Of a stretch of DNA of 64,000 nucleotides, positions 1 through 14,148 are shown one piece after another. The notes beneath the pieces are model-generated. The model worked only from the letters and a program-made list of their open reading frames with translations, was not told the origin of the DNA and did no database searches. The DNA is taken from positions 133,796,001 through 133,860,000 of the forward strand of contig OX597819.1 of the NCBI GenBank assembly GCA_951406725.2. The letters run 5' to 3'. The position numbers were made by a program, and so were the translations under genes. This DNA is from Octopus vulgaris. Its lineage: Eukaryota. Every line of letters starts with the position of its first letter. The first letter of the stretch is position 1.

Positions 1-3000
1 AAATAGGATTTTGATCAATTTAAATCTAAAATAAAAATAAAAAGTAATTGTGGGAATGGCAATTATTTTCGGTGAGGGCAAGGGAGAGAACTTTGAAGTA
101 TGATTTTATTAAAATCATATGGATTCATGAAATGGAAAGTGAAGTGTATCGGTATTCATGGTAATAACTCTCATCCCAGAAAGTGAAGACTGTTGGCACG
201 TTTCGAGACTTAATTGTCTTTGGTGTTTAACACATACATACTGCTCCACAGAACAGCTGAATATTTATAAGTACAAACTAGTTGATAGAACGGCTGAGAG
301 AAAATACTATAGTGTCTGTTTTAGAATTATTTACTAATTAACTTTTAAATAACGACAGAGATGATATTTCCAAAAGATACTTTCAGTGCGTGTCAACTTC
401 TTTAATCAAATGGAATAAAGAAATATTTTAATCAATTAAATTCAAAACCTAAAGCTTGAATAAAATTTATTAACGTTAATGATAGTTCTTACGCTCACAT
501 ATGGTTTTGAGGCGTTCCAGACGCCCCTGAGGCAAGAGGTGAACCATTTCTACATTGAGTTCTTACAAGCAAAAGAACGGAAACGTTGGTGAAGATTTGA
601 ATAACACTGCTTCGACGTTCTCTGAAAACCAATTTATTATTCATCGTTAAAATGAATTATTCGACAGACTACAGAGAAGAGAAAGATGATAATGGTAATT
701 AGCCAGTTTACACTCTCGTATTTGGAACGGTTCCTTTCTAAGTCAAACTTTGACCTAACTAGAATTTGTCAGTCAATACTCAGAGTGTGATACTACGAAT
801 CAATTTATTAGTACTAAAGTTGAAATCAAACGACCATGTTAAATATGATTTATATCACTCATTATGATTCACTATGGCTGAGTATGACTCAGAACAAAGT
901 CTACTGGCATTTTTTAAATGATTATGCAAGCACTTGGAGTAATATACAGAACTAAAAATATGGGAGAAACTAAATTATTCCTCTGACTTTCTCCATTATT
1001 TAGTTTTTAAAGTAAACAATTTCAATAAAATCATTCAAAAAGAATTCAAGATATAATATTTCAGTAAACGCGTTTCTTTAACCAATCGGAAACGAGAAAA
1101 GATAAATGCGAGGAGAATAGAAAAATTCGCTTTATACGAAGCTCTCGAGTCAGGTGATTATTTAAAATACTGTAAGCTCGTTAGAAATTGGGAAGTTTAT
1201 TTCCTTCACTTTTCCGTACTTCTTTATTTTTGTTGACAATCAACGACCACTTCAATCGATCGTCCTAAAAATTTAATTAAAAAAATATAAATATTTTGTG
1301 AATGACGTCGTCTCGCAATGTTCAGATCACATCCTAAAACAGAGAAGAAAAAAGGTAATAATATTGATTAAAATGAATCATTAAAATACCGAAAGAACAA
1401 TTTGGAAAACGATAAGCAAAGAAGAAAAAACAAAAGGGAATTAAATCTGAAAACAACAAAAAACCCTGCATATCAAATCTCTAATTAAAAACACTCACCT
1501 ACACGCAGTTTAAAAAATATGACACCAAATGAAGAAAGAGGAACTGAGAGAATTCAATGAAATCAAGCATTCATGATGTACTGTAGCAAGTTTTCGCAAG
1601 CACCCACACACAGACACACACACACGCTCGTACACGTACGCTCGCACATATATGCATGTATTCGTATATGTTAGTAACGAGTGGGTGACCAACACGGTTG
1701 TTAATACGATAATTATGGTTACACATGAATTCAATCCACGATTGAATAATAGCGTATACACATGCATGAAACCATTGCAGCACTATATTAAAGGCTATGT
1801 GTTTGTGTGAGTGTGTGTACGCGATACGTGTGTGTGTTAGTACTATGTGCATTTATATGTACGTACATGTATGTGTGTACGTGTCTGTATTATATACATA
1901 TTGATCGATTGATTAAAAATATTTGTCCTCTGTGCAAATTGTTGGAGGCATAACTTCCTGTTTATGAATACACGCTCACTCCATACACATACTCACATAC
2001 AACATATAACACGCTACTCCCTTCCTATATATATATACATATATATATATATGCAGACGCACATGCATTCATGCATACGTACGTATATAGGCACTTACAG
2101 GCCGCCTTGCCTCGGTTCATAATACTGCAGAAGAAATAGAATGTGATATTCAAAAGCTGTTTTGATTCATATTGTACCTGCTTCTTTATCTCGTTTTCGC
2201 TTGAAGCAGATGTCAGTATCAGCTGACAGAGAATATTTGGATGAACCATGCCACATTTGGCGAAGGGCGTTGTATCTATGGCGAAAATCTCACCAAGCAT
2301 CCACTAACGTCCTCTAAATCATGAAGTCACTGCTATTGCCAAGAGAAAAAATGTAGAATCAGTTGATAATGGAGAGACCATAGATTATTGATAAATTTCG
2401 AACTAAACTGAATCAATAATTGTTGGCAGTTTGTTTGCGGTTTGTTGTTATAGAAATCGTTCGTTGTTTATTTTTTAACCGTTATTTGGTATTACAAATC
2501 CTTACAAAAACTTCCTGACAGTCTCAAATACTGTGTGTTGCAAAAAGGTGTCATTCAAAGCAACCAGCTTCTTCATATTAAATATGTCAGGTCATATTTT
2601 CTTTAATATACCCATTCAGGACTTGAATTGTCTACAATTAGCATGAACAACTGGGACTCTGCTAAATCTAGATCTGTATCTTTTATAAAAGAAATCTCCT
2701 TGCCTCCTCATTTATTTAGCTTGAAGATGATATGATATCGCTTTCTGTAACTTTGATTATTATCTGCGATGGTGATGGTGGGCGCTTTAGTTTATCTCAC
2801 AAATCATGAGTGAGGAACAGAATAACATATTTGTCGATGGAGAGGAATAGCAACCAAATATTTTCCATATAATATCAGTATGCAGCTGACTTTTTGTGAG
2901 AATTGTAAAATAAAGTAACAATTGAAAACAAAGGACGAATGCAGAAAAAAATATTTCAATTTAGTAGAAATATTTAATAACTAACTGCAATCTCTCTATT

Positions 3001-5098
3001 CCTGAACGATTGTATTTTTGTTTGGTATTAGCAGTGAGAGAAAGAAGATTTATAAGGACACGAGTTGATGCAGAGTGAGATTTTTACTATTGATGTGACA
3101 TTTCGATTCCTTAATTTCTAAATTTTGCTAAGACGTGTATGCTTTTGAAAAGTTTTAAAATATATCCCTAAAAATTTTTTTTTCCTCAATATCAGTTCCT
3201 GGGGGCGGCGGGGGATATCTTTGTTTATCAAAAAGAATTATTTTTGGACAAGTAACAGTTCTTAGATATATTCTGGTTTATTGAAAATACCAGTAAACAT
3301 CGTTTGACCTTAAACATGAAGTGGGACACTAATTACAAGACTTCGGGTGCTTAAATGTTAAATGGTAGTCTTTAACTTGTGTCGTAGATACGTATATAGG
3401 TATATGCATTCTTTCAGAAATGCATAATGTATGCATAGATTCAAACAGAGAGACTCATATACGCATGCACGTATGCCCATGCATGCATAGATACAAACGT
3501 AATACATACAAATGTAATACATATATGCATTATATTTTGACAAATTTCTTGAAAAAAGTCTACACTTTGTCTGAGGCAGTTAAATCACTGGAAAATTTTG
3601 CATCCTGGCAATTCTCAAAGTTCAAATTCATAAAATGTACAAATAAGATATATATAGGCACGATTTGTTTTAAGAAACGATGCTTCGATTCAAGATTTTA
3701 TTTGTTAACATCATCTGTAAAGGTTGTGAGTCTAGCAATATTGTAAAATGGAGTTTGCCACATGAGTTCCACATTCATTGTCTTCTTTCCCGATTTGTTT
3801 TGGTTCCTTCCTCGACAATAGACTAGAACTTCGGATTCATAATTCGAATCCAAGCTCAAAGCTGATTTACGTGACTGCTTCAGGGTGAGTGTTTGTATTC
3901 TTCGGTGGATATACTTTGTTCTATGCTGTGGTGATATTTTCCGACTGATAGTTCGCGTCAGAAATGTATTTCCTTCAAGATAATGTTGGTTCTATTGTTG
4001 TGTTCCTTGCCTCTGGGGGAATTTTTAAGCCACTATATATATATACTTTTTTATTTTGCGTCTATGTGTTGATGTCTTTTGCTGTCGGCTATTTTGCTCG
4101 ACGTATTCTCTCTTTTCTTCCACTCTTTATTGTCTTTGATCTGGTTCCTCTAGCTCGCAGTGTTTAGGCAGCATAATGAAGAGTAGTTTTTAATCATTTG
4201 ATCATTTGATTGTGTAACATGTTGACGAGAAATTTAAGAAGAACAGACACTAATTGTCAAAATGAAAGTCAATTTTCGAAAAGATTCAGCTGTATTTAGC
4301 AAGTGACTATCGCTGTTCAAATTATTGATTTCTGTCGAGTGGAACATGGTGTTTTTTAACAAACATGATATACGTGGTTGGTTATCGAAAACACATGAAT
4401 CCGTGCATTTTAAATGCTGATTATCTCATTATCTGATTAGAATAGGTAGAAACGTATAATTTTGAAATACATTAACATGCATTGCTTCAATATATGTGAT
4501 TAGTATCAGTATTAAAAAAATACCGTAAATGTATCTCTACGTTCATGATGGCCACCGCCTCATTATTCGTTTATTCGTACATATCAACGTCTATTTCTTT
4601 GAATCTATCAACACATATTGTCTTAAATGCGTCTCTTTTATAAAGATATCCTTATCTTCTATCATTGTGTCTGTTTTGTATCCATCACGTTACTGGCTTA
4701 CATGCACACACACACACACACACACACTAATACACAAATGGTAGAATATACACATACACAACACAATCACTCGCATAGACACAAAATACGGACTATCGAT
4801 GGCATTGATAGCAAAGATGATATGCTTGTGCGGATGTCGAGAAAGATAAAAGATATACGATTACGTGTTTTTAGAAGGACCATAATTTTATTATCTGCTT
4901 CGAATATATTTAAGTATTGTATCACTTCAGTTTCCAACGTCGCTCTGATGTGCAATACAAGGAATCACATACATAACACATACAGACACACTCATTCACA
5001 TTCTCACACATACTCAGACACACACGCTACACACACAGAGGCTTATTACCACTACATCAATTTGAACTCAGATACACACTGTCTTAATATATACATAC

Positions 5099-5482
5099 AG
5101 GCATGGTTGTGTGGTAAGCAGCTTGCTTCCCAGTCACATGGTTCCAGGTTCAGTCCCGCTGTGTGGCACCTTGGGCAAGTGTATTCGACCAAAGCCTTGT
5201 GTGTGGATTTGTTAGACGGAAACTGAAACAAGTCCGCCGTATATATGTGCGTGTGTGCCTTTGTGTCTGCGTCTCTACCCCACCACCGACTGACAAACGG
5301 TGTTGGTGTGTTTACGTCCCCGTAACTTAATGATGCAACGATTCAGCAAAAGACACCAGAAAAATAAGTACTAGGCCTTCAAAAGTTCTGCGGACGATTT
5401 ATTCGACTAAATCGTATCAAGGCAGTACTCCAGCATGGCCGTAGTCAAATGACTGAAACAAGAATAAAAGAATAAAAGAATA
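5099..5482 (+). mobile_element. tRNA-derived SINE with (AGAATAAA)n-type tail
   Basis: A-box-like TGGTTGTGTGG, B-box-like GGTTCAGTCCC, central CCTTGGGCAAGTG segment, 3' stem-loop AGTCA-AA-TGACT and tandem AGAATAAA tail. Confidence 0.85.
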
Positions 5483-5549
5483 CCTCAATAACATAGCTGT
5501 TCCCTTCTTACAGTCGAATAGGTAAGGGCGGGCATTGATACACGCATAC

Positions 5550-5634
5550 TACACACACACACACACACGCACACACGCACACAAACACACACACATAAAA
5601 ACACATACACACACACACAAACACACACACATAA

Positions 5635-5673
<39 letters not shown>

Positions 5674-5725
5674 AACACACACACATAAAAACACATACAC
5701 ACACATACACACCAACACACAGACA
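5550..5725. repeat. Compound (CA)n microsatellite
   Basis: Read directly; contains recurring CACAAACACACACACATAAA subunits. Confidence 0.95.
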
Positions 5726-6599
5726 ATCACAAAACAATTAGCTATCGTTGATAATATTTGATTCCCGAAACTTCATTCATGAACAACTTAACATTGAGAT
5801 TGCTTGGGGCAACTTTTAGCTGCACCAATTTTCCCCCTTTCAGACAGTTCCAAAGGATTTTTTAAATAATTTGGCGATAGAAAGTAAATATTTTGATCTT
5901 GTTATATCTCACGAACAAGTCTTTGCCATTATTATTCTATTCTATAGATTTGCTAGCATTTCACAAAAAGAAATTTTTCAGTGTACTTTATTCAAATATA
6001 CAAACTTAAACGTAATGAATTCTAATTGCATGAACAACCACAAATGACTATTTCATGGGGCAGTGATGACGTAAAGTTCATTAAATGAATGCCAGCATTT
6101 CTCGGGAAAAGTTTCATGAAACCATGAAAGGTAAAATTTACTCGGAATGGATTGATGTCTGAAAACCATATTGTGGCCTGATGCCGATCAAATCTGTTAT
6201 CTACGGCCTCTTTGAAAAAAGCACGATAGTAACCAAACACCTCTATTTTCTCTCAAGAAGGATACTACATTACATCTACCAACTTCAATTTTTGAATCTC
6301 ACTGAATTTCCAACTGACCATTTTCCCTTCCTTAATTCACGGCATCTTTCTCATTTTCACTTGACACGTTTTCTGTGGAGAAAAGTGACTTAATTCGGGA
6401 GGAATTAAATTTGGCGTGCTTATAAATATTATATATATATTTAAAGTATAAATATTATAAGTATAATAGATATTTTATGTAACACACTGAAAGATTATGT
6501 CTTCACATGCAACATCTGTGCTAATCAACTCTAATTTCATAACCGAAAGAAACACATGCCGTATAATCAGGAGCCGTTTTAATGATAATATACCTCCGG

Positions 6600-6630
6600 C
6601 ATCATCATCATCATCATCATCATCATCACC

Positions 6631-6679
<49 letters not shown>

Positions 6680-6695
6680 CCATCATCATCATTAC

Positions 6696-6730
<35 letters not shown>

Positions 6731-6737
6731 CTATTAT
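6600..6737. repeat. (CAT)n microsatellite
   Basis: Read directly; explains the poly-His and poly-Ser ORFs. Confidence 0.97.
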
Positions 6738-7175
6738 CATTTTTCTTTTTATCTCAGGTTTTGTTGTAATTACTGGCGTCTTGCATGCGCCGAAGCCTTG
6801 CTGCCTAAAGTCTACGGTACTATGCTATCCGTTCTTTCCATCTATCTAATACTTTCCTGATTATTTCGGCTGTGTCAAGGAGACAAACCTTTTGTAACAG
6901 TTCTACTGGTCACTCATTTATTGCTGCAAGTAACCTGCATTCAAACATATTTCAAATGTATTCTCGGAAGATGTGTTTGTGTGTCTATGTGTGTGTGTGT
7001 GTATTTGCGTGCATGAGGGTGCGCATGCGCGTGCGTGTGTGTATCTACGTATGTACCTCGTTGAATCACAGACTTTATCTACTCTCACATCGCCTCATCG
7101 CATACCTCGATAATTTTCTGACGCGGACACTTTCAGACAGACAGACAGACATAAAGGCATCCATAAAACATATCG

Positions 7176-7176
<1 letters not shown>

Positions 7177-7260
<84 letters not shown>

Positions 7261-7283
7261 TGTGTGTGTGTGTGCGTGCGTGC
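7177..7283. repeat. (TG)n microsatellite
   Basis: Read directly. Confidence 0.97.
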
Positions 7284-8329
7284 GCCTGATAGGAAACTGA
7301 GCAAACGAGTAAAATATCCAGATATGATGTGATAAAGTAGATAAAATAGATATTTCAGTTTTGTCTTGACACATCTACACAGCGATAATAAAATCTATTT
7401 ATGTATCACACCGTAAAGCCGCGTTAGTCTTCTGAACTGTAACTTTGATTGTTACCGGATTTGATAGATATGCTGTGTTTTTGTTCGTTTCTTTTTGGCA
7501 GAGCGAGCAACTCCAAGAAGATTTAGGATGGAGATACGAACAACCAAAATATTCTCTCGAGTTGATTATTCATAGTCATTACGTTAAGAAAGTTCTAATG
7601 TTATTTTCTTCAAGCAAATCTAGATTATAAATGAGAGCGGGACGTTGGTACGAGTAAGAAGAAGGGAAGGCAGAAGGGGGGGGGGGGGGCAAAGGGTGGG
7701 GGGGAAGCCACCATATTAATTCTACCCGACTATTTTTGCTCTTAATGGGAAAACACACACATCATATAAATAACAAGACACGACATCCATCGCCAGTGAT
7801 TTTTGTGAATAGATTAAATCCGATAAATATTTGCTGGTTCAAAAGAATCGTGTATGTTAATTGTAATAGAATGTTGCTAAAAGCAAAGGATGTATTTATG
7901 ATAAGTAAATATAAGCAGTAAAAAATAAAAAAAAGCAATATTTTTCATTTCAATGCTGAAAATTTATGAAAATACTCCAGTAAATCCATGTCTCAAATGC
8001 AAATAAATGCGAGCGCATCCAGAAGCTGCTTGCTAGGTGGGTAAATGAAATCGGAAAGGGATGAAAAGGGAAATATACTCGAAAGATTATGAATGAGTTT
8101 TTCCGATGACGATGTGAGATTGCATAGAGACAATGTTGAGTCACATACAAGAACATAATGAACACATAATGAGTATATAAATAAATAGCATTTATTTAAA
8201 ACCATAATTATGTACAAAGAATTAAATTCTTAACTTTAATTGCTTGAATTCTTGGGAGAAAATAAGTAGACAATAAAAGTCTCCCACCATCTTCGATAAA
8301 TGTTCCAGAAAGACCAACGATTTGTCAAG

Positions 8330-9520
8330 AGAGAAAATCTTGACTTGAGGTTTCTAATGCCATAACATATTTGTCATGAGACTCTTTGAGATAACGACAC
8401 CTTAATGATGGAATCGCTATGACAAATAGGACCCATTTTCAGTGCTAAGCATAACGAAGCATGTTTTTGAATGTTTACTTCAATTTCTTTCATAACCCTG
8501 CTTGTTTTTCTTCTGACATAAGTAAAGACTGGATCTGCTTCATGTTCAACTTCTCTGCCAAAGAAGTAAATGTCAGGTTTTTCCGAAATTAGAGATCCTC
8601 AAACTGTTCGATATAGACTTGCAGCAATCGACAGCGCGGCGCTTCATCAAAAATGATCAAAAATAATCTCTAGGAAACACAATGAGCGATTAACATACAC
8701 TAAAGTAGGATTATCTCAACCTTGTTCAAGTATTCAAGGATCTCGAGATGTAAGCATAGGTATCTCCGCTCTACCTTTCAGTAAAGTTACCTTCGGTTGG
8801 ACAACCCATTATGATAACGACACCCTAAATGACTTTGTGACTTCAAAGACACAAATCCCCTTTGACCTCAACCAGAACGACCGCATGAAAGATGCAGAGG
8901 GAGGTTATCAGATTTGCAGCCCTTTTCTCACGTCAGGTAATGTCGGTAAGATTCTTTTCAATCCTATAGATTGGTATTTCCTACTCGAACAAAAATCCAA
9001 GAGATACTGCAATAGACACATAGTCACGATCATATATAGCCGCGCCTCTAACATGAAATAAATCATCGCACACAGACATACATCTTCTACTGAAGTCAGG
9101 TGTTCATAAAGGAAACCTACAACCTGACCGCCGAGTTGTGTAACTAACACCGAGTAAATGAATCTTGAGGCAAAACGTAAACTGTACGAATGGAAGCAGC
9201 AAACGATACATCAGACTTACTGAAGGACCCTTCAAATGAATTTTCCTCACCCACACAGCCTCATTCAGGCAAATCGAGAAACGGAACCGACATAACATTT
9301 GAGCTACATCCCACTGATAAAAGAAAATAACATCGACTCTGACATCAACAGAAAGATCGCTAAACAATTCAGATCGTGTAGGAAAGCTAGCAAAGATGCA
9401 AGTTCCGCGTGTCAGGAGACAGCACATTCCGAAGGAACTCTGTGGAAATGAAGCTTCTATTTTAATGCTAAAAAAAAATACTCTGAACACCGTCCATAAG
9501 CAAATGAAAATTCAAACTCA
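8330..9520 (+). mobile_element. Decayed Penelope-like element (RT C-terminal linker plus GIY-YIG endonuclease)
   Basis: Broken frames give CNRHIVTIIYSRASNMK*II (cf. PLE FNRNTVKISYSCMxNM) and KRYIRLTEGPFK*IFLTHTASFRQIEKRN...IKENNIDSDINRKI...KRCK (GIY-YIG). Boundaries approximate. Confidence 0.7.
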
Positions 9521-11542
9521 GACAGTGAAAAGCATCACCAAACGCCACATCTTTCCCTAACAAGTTCCTTTCTCTTTATAGGTTATTATATCGTAATACT
9601 GATGTCTGCGATGCATTCCTCTTCAGTTTCCTTCCTCCGCCGTCCCTCAGTTTCCATTGTCACATTTTTCTCCCGTTTGTCTATCTTCTCTTTTCTCTTC
9701 TCTTTCTCCCTGCTCCTTCGCTTTTCTCATTCCCTGTCTCTCTTAATATATCGATTTTTCTCCATCCGCATCTTGCTTACTTTCCCCACCTCTTAATTAC
9801 TATATTAATATTTACACAGACGTGTGAGTGATCACATATTATGTGTACATGTGTGTGTGTGTGTATGTGCGTGTGAGAGAAAGAGAGGGGGGGCAATATA
9901 ATTTCAAATATTTAGTTAACAAGTAAACAATGTTTTTAATTTATCATCACTAAAATACTTAACACATGTCCTTTTACCATTATATGTTGAAATCCTTGAT
10001 GATGGTTAAAGAGGAATTTAAAGGATCCTTATCTAAAAGCGGTTCTCCTCAAATTTCGTAATATTAATAATTAGATTGACATCTTAATGTTGATCAAACC
10101 GAGAGGGCATATAAAGTAAATAAATTAGTAAAAAGCTTATAATAATTGACTTATTTTATTAACATTTCATAAACATCTCCTTGAAGATGTTGCGTGAATT
10201 AATATTATACCTGTAATTAATATTATACCTGTAAACGACGGTAAAGAAAATTTCGTCATTTCAAAGTGAAAAGAGTCATTAGCAACATTTCAGTTGAAAG
10301 AAAGCGAAAATATAATAAAGAGAAGACATTGAAAAGCATCAAGTGAAAGAATGAAACAGTTGGCTGTCAAATATAATAAGGATCGTTAATAGCAACATCA
10401 TTGGAAACGAAGCGTCACCGGAAACCGTAAAATGTTGGCATTCAAGGAAGTAATACAATAAAATTACTAAAAGCATATGGTTTACATCAGTATGGAGTCA
10501 GTCTTGGAATTAAGAATCGTATTCATATTGTAAGAAAAGCATCAAAGGAGAAATTTCTATATAGGTACAATTATCCGGAAGTGACACGGATAACTCAATG
10601 AGGAATCTTTGGAAATACTACTAAATGCAAACAACTCTTGATATAAAGAAGTATTTAGCAATACTAGTTAACTGCTAAAATATATGAATTTCTTTTAAAA
10701 GTGATACAGAACACGAAATAGCTTCAGAAATTTTACAAATGTCTAATACGCTAGCATTTTTATGCATCTTATAAATCGACTTCGCAGCTCACACTGTAAC
10801 GGTTCTTCATATTCTCTCAATACATTACCATTTCAAGACAAATAAGAAACGATGCATGTCGATGAAGAATTTACACCGAATCGTCATAATTATAAATAAT
10901 ATATGATTCTAAAATGATTTCATCAACAATACAATAGTACGAAGCACGGAATTCTTTTAAACGACATAGACATAAGAGAGGAAGCATAATGTAGACCGTA
11001 AAAAAACATAAAGAACTTGCACCGCTAGATTTTGAAACATCATTCACAGGATAACCAGAGTGAATTGGGGAAAGAAAGAAATAAAACGAATTGAGATTGT
11101 TTCGTTTGAGAGAGTTTCACACAAGAAAACCAACCGAATTAATAATAAAAGGTTCTAAATTCAAATAAGTGGAAATACGTGTCTGCGAAGAGTTGTGTGG
11201 TTCAGTAAAACTAAATGGTTATTTAAGCGGCATTTACTTAACTAGATTCTAATCTTCCTCTTTCCTTCTGTCACTTCCAGCCTTCCTATTTTTCTCCTTT
11301 TTATACTCGATTTTTACTTTCCTACATTCCTTAGACTACGCTCTCTCTTTTCTTGTCTTTTTCCCCTTTTTTTGTTGATGAAGGACAACGTCTAAAACGA
11401 TAGCACATACTTTTACTCTCTCCGGCGCGATAGATTAATATCATCATTTGACAAATATACATACACACACATATTTACATATATATGCATTTACACACAG
11501 ATACACATGCGCACGTGCACACAAATGTACGCACACATACAC

Positions 11543-11618
<76 letters not shown>

Positions 11619-11639
11619 TTATATGCAGTTAAGTATATG

Positions 11640-11817
11640 TGCGGTTATAGAGTGACCAATGGTTTCGCATCCATGAAGCGCTATGACTCCAATGGCGAGG
11701 GTCAAATAACTTTTCAAACTGTGGAAGTAGAATTCCGTTACGGTCAGTTAGTTAGTGCCCCAGTATGGCCGCAGCTTTGAGCTGAAACTGATAGAAGAAT
11801 TAAAGAATAAAGAATAA
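11640..11817 (+). mobile_element. 3' end of a non-LTR element or SINE with the same tail type as the SINE at 5099
   Basis: CCCCAGTATGGCCG-CAGCT-TTG-AGCTG-AAAC followed by AAAGAAT repeats; 5' limit uncertain. Confidence 0.6.
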
Positions 11818-11989
11818 ACAACCTGCGTCGGCGAGGCAGGGTTAATTCCCATTAGACCAGTTCAGTTGGCAGTCCATAGGGCTAAAATGGCGAACGGAGA
11901 ACTCAGCTCTTAGGTTGCTTCTATCTCGTAAGGACTTTTTCGGATTTAATCGACGAATGGGGAACACCTTGCTTACAGCAGGTGGAGGT

Positions 11990-12330
11990 TGAAATGATGC
12001 AGGTACAATAAATCTCATGTCGAGTATTTAATAATCCTGGTTCCAGGGAGTCTTTGAGGATCCATGCTCGTTCAGATATACAAAGCTTGCAGCGTCCGCT
12101 TCCGTTGATATAGGATCCCGACCGGTCTATCATCTTCCATTTGATATCGTATGAAGTCCCTTCATTTTTAAGGGGTCACAGGTGGCTTGCCAGCGACGTG
12201 ATGAATCATCTTTCTGGAATCCTGAAAGAGAAACTGTGGTTATACAGGCGCCTCTTGAAGGCAGTTCCGGCCGACCCGATGTATTTCTGAACTTGGGTGT
12301 TGGTTGTGTTCTCATATATATACATACTGA
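11990..12330 (-). mobile_element. Penelope-like GIY-YIG endonuclease relic
   Basis: Minus strand reads QKYIGSAGTAFKRRLYNHSFSFR...TSLASHL*PLKNEGTSYDIKWKMIDRSGSYINGSGRCKLCISERAWIL...LLNTRHEIYCTC, the typical PLE endonuclease C-terminus. Confidence 0.85.
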
Positions 12331-12550
12331 TATCGTTTGCTCGCTCGGATATCTCATTTCCGGTCATAAGTCCTGATATGAAGATATTTCATAATGATAT
12401 TGTCCGAGAACCCACCACAAGATAAAGATGGATTACCTTTGATCCTTGCTATACTCAATGACGTTTGACCTAGAGCTAAGCAATCGCAGCCGCATCCACA
12501 ACAATAACAACCGTTTCCTTCTACTTTCTAACTCCTTCTCCTCCTCCTCT

Positions 12551-12600
12551 TACTACTACTATTACTACTACGGTTGGTGTTGCTCCTGCTGCTACTACTA

Positions 12601-12655
<55 letters not shown>
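12551..12655. repeat. (TAC)n microsatellite
   Basis: Read directly; explains the poly-Tyr ORF. Confidence 0.95.
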
Positions 12656-12772
12656 AAGAATGACCGCCAGTTAAATCCTTAAGTTGTGAAATTACAGCTG
12701 GAATGAATTTATATCTGATGTTTCTCTTATAATCTTTAATTTTCTATTGCTGGAGCTTGTAACAGTTGCCTC

Positions 12773-13160
12773 AGTGGAGGCACAATGGCCCAGTGGTTAG
12801 GGCAGCGGACTCGTGGTCATAGGATCGCGGTTTCGATTCCCAGACCGGGCGTTGTGAGTGTTTATTGAGCGAAAACACCTAAAGCTCCACGAGGCTCCGG
12901 CAGGGGATGGTGGTGATCCCTGCTGTACTCTTTCACCACAACTTTCTCTCACTCTTACTTCCTGTTTCTGTTGTACCTGTATTTCAAAGGGCCGGCCTTG
13001 TCACTCTCTCTGTCACGCTGAATATCCCCGAGAACTACTTTAAGGGTACACGTGTCTGTGGAGTGCTCAAACACTTACACGTTAATTTCACGAGCAGGCT
13101 GTTCCGTTGATTCGGATCAACCGGAACCCTCGTCGCCGTAACCGACGGAGTGCTTCCATC
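12773..13160 (+). mobile_element. Full-length tRNA-derived SINE with a perfect 13-bp TSD
   Basis: A box TGGCCCAGTGG, B box GGTTTCGATTCCC; TSD TAACAGTTGCCTC at 12760-12772 and 13161-13173. Confidence 0.92.
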
Positions 13161-13450
13161 TAACAGTTGCCTCTCACTGATGTTAAATTAAGGATACAAA
13201 TAAATTAAGGCAAACCAAAATGTTAACTCCTTCTCTGTAAGAATTAACTCACCGTGGTTTATGTTTGTCAAAATCCACCCCAATACGGGTACGCAATACA
13301 CGTCTTCAAATATTAATAATAGCACGATTGTTCTCTACTTGGCAGGGAATCAAGGAACTGTATCCGAGGTTAATTTATAACCACTTCAATGACACAAAAT
13401 GTTTAATATTTATAATATTTTTAACGAAATCACGGCGTGGAATATTGCAA

Positions 13451-13505
<55 letters not shown>

Positions 13506-13857
13506 TTGTGTGTGTTTATGTTTATACATATATTAATATATGGTAGTGTATATAGAAGTATATGTACGTATGTAGTAAGCCTGGAATCCTCTAATAAGGA
13601 ACAATGGGAAAGTGTGACATATATCTCTTTCAGCCGAAGACATTAAGTCAGATATTTATAATGGTTTCCAATACAATGATGATGAAAACGATTGTGATGG
13701 TGGTGGTGGTGGTGGTGGTGGCAAATTCTTATTTGTCTACACTCGAGGTGAATTTACCCCAGTGATGTATACAATCCATTGTTAACATAAATATTTACTC
13801 CATAATTAATTTTTACCTCACTGGAAGGATTAAAATTATAAAAACACCAATAAATTT

Positions 13858-13915
<58 letters not shown>

Positions 13916-14049
13916 AAATGAGGAGAATGAAGAATTTGAAAATTCAGATTTTATGTTTACTTCCAGATAGTTTATTCAAAGTCATAGTCTGACGCGTGTT
14001 TCGAGAGCACCAACTGCATATTCATTCACTATAATTTAAATTAGGCTTT

Positions 14050-14132
<83 letters not shown>

Positions 14133-14148
14133 TGTAGTAGTAGTAGTA
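14050..14148. repeat. (TAG)n microsatellite
   Basis: Read directly. Confidence 0.97.

Noticed and set aside
1493-1600. Minus-strand exon ending in a GTGAGT donor (similar sites near 13250 and 53058)
   Set aside because: This 6-mer is expected several times by chance, and there is no convincing acceptor or coding frame; a UTR exon cannot be excluded without RNA data.
6497-7374. Poly-His, poly-Ser and VC/HT-repeat ORFs (also at 19467, 42135, 44866, 55097, 60751 and others)
   Set aside because: These are translations of stop-free microsatellites with no domain content.
10197-10232. 18-bp perfect tandem duplication (similar short ones at ~34455 and ~43130)
   Set aside because: Ordinary slippage or repair duplications with no further structure.
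12773-12850. tRNA gene
   Set aside because: The tRNA-like head continues into a SINE body bounded by a TSD; no complete cloverleaf.
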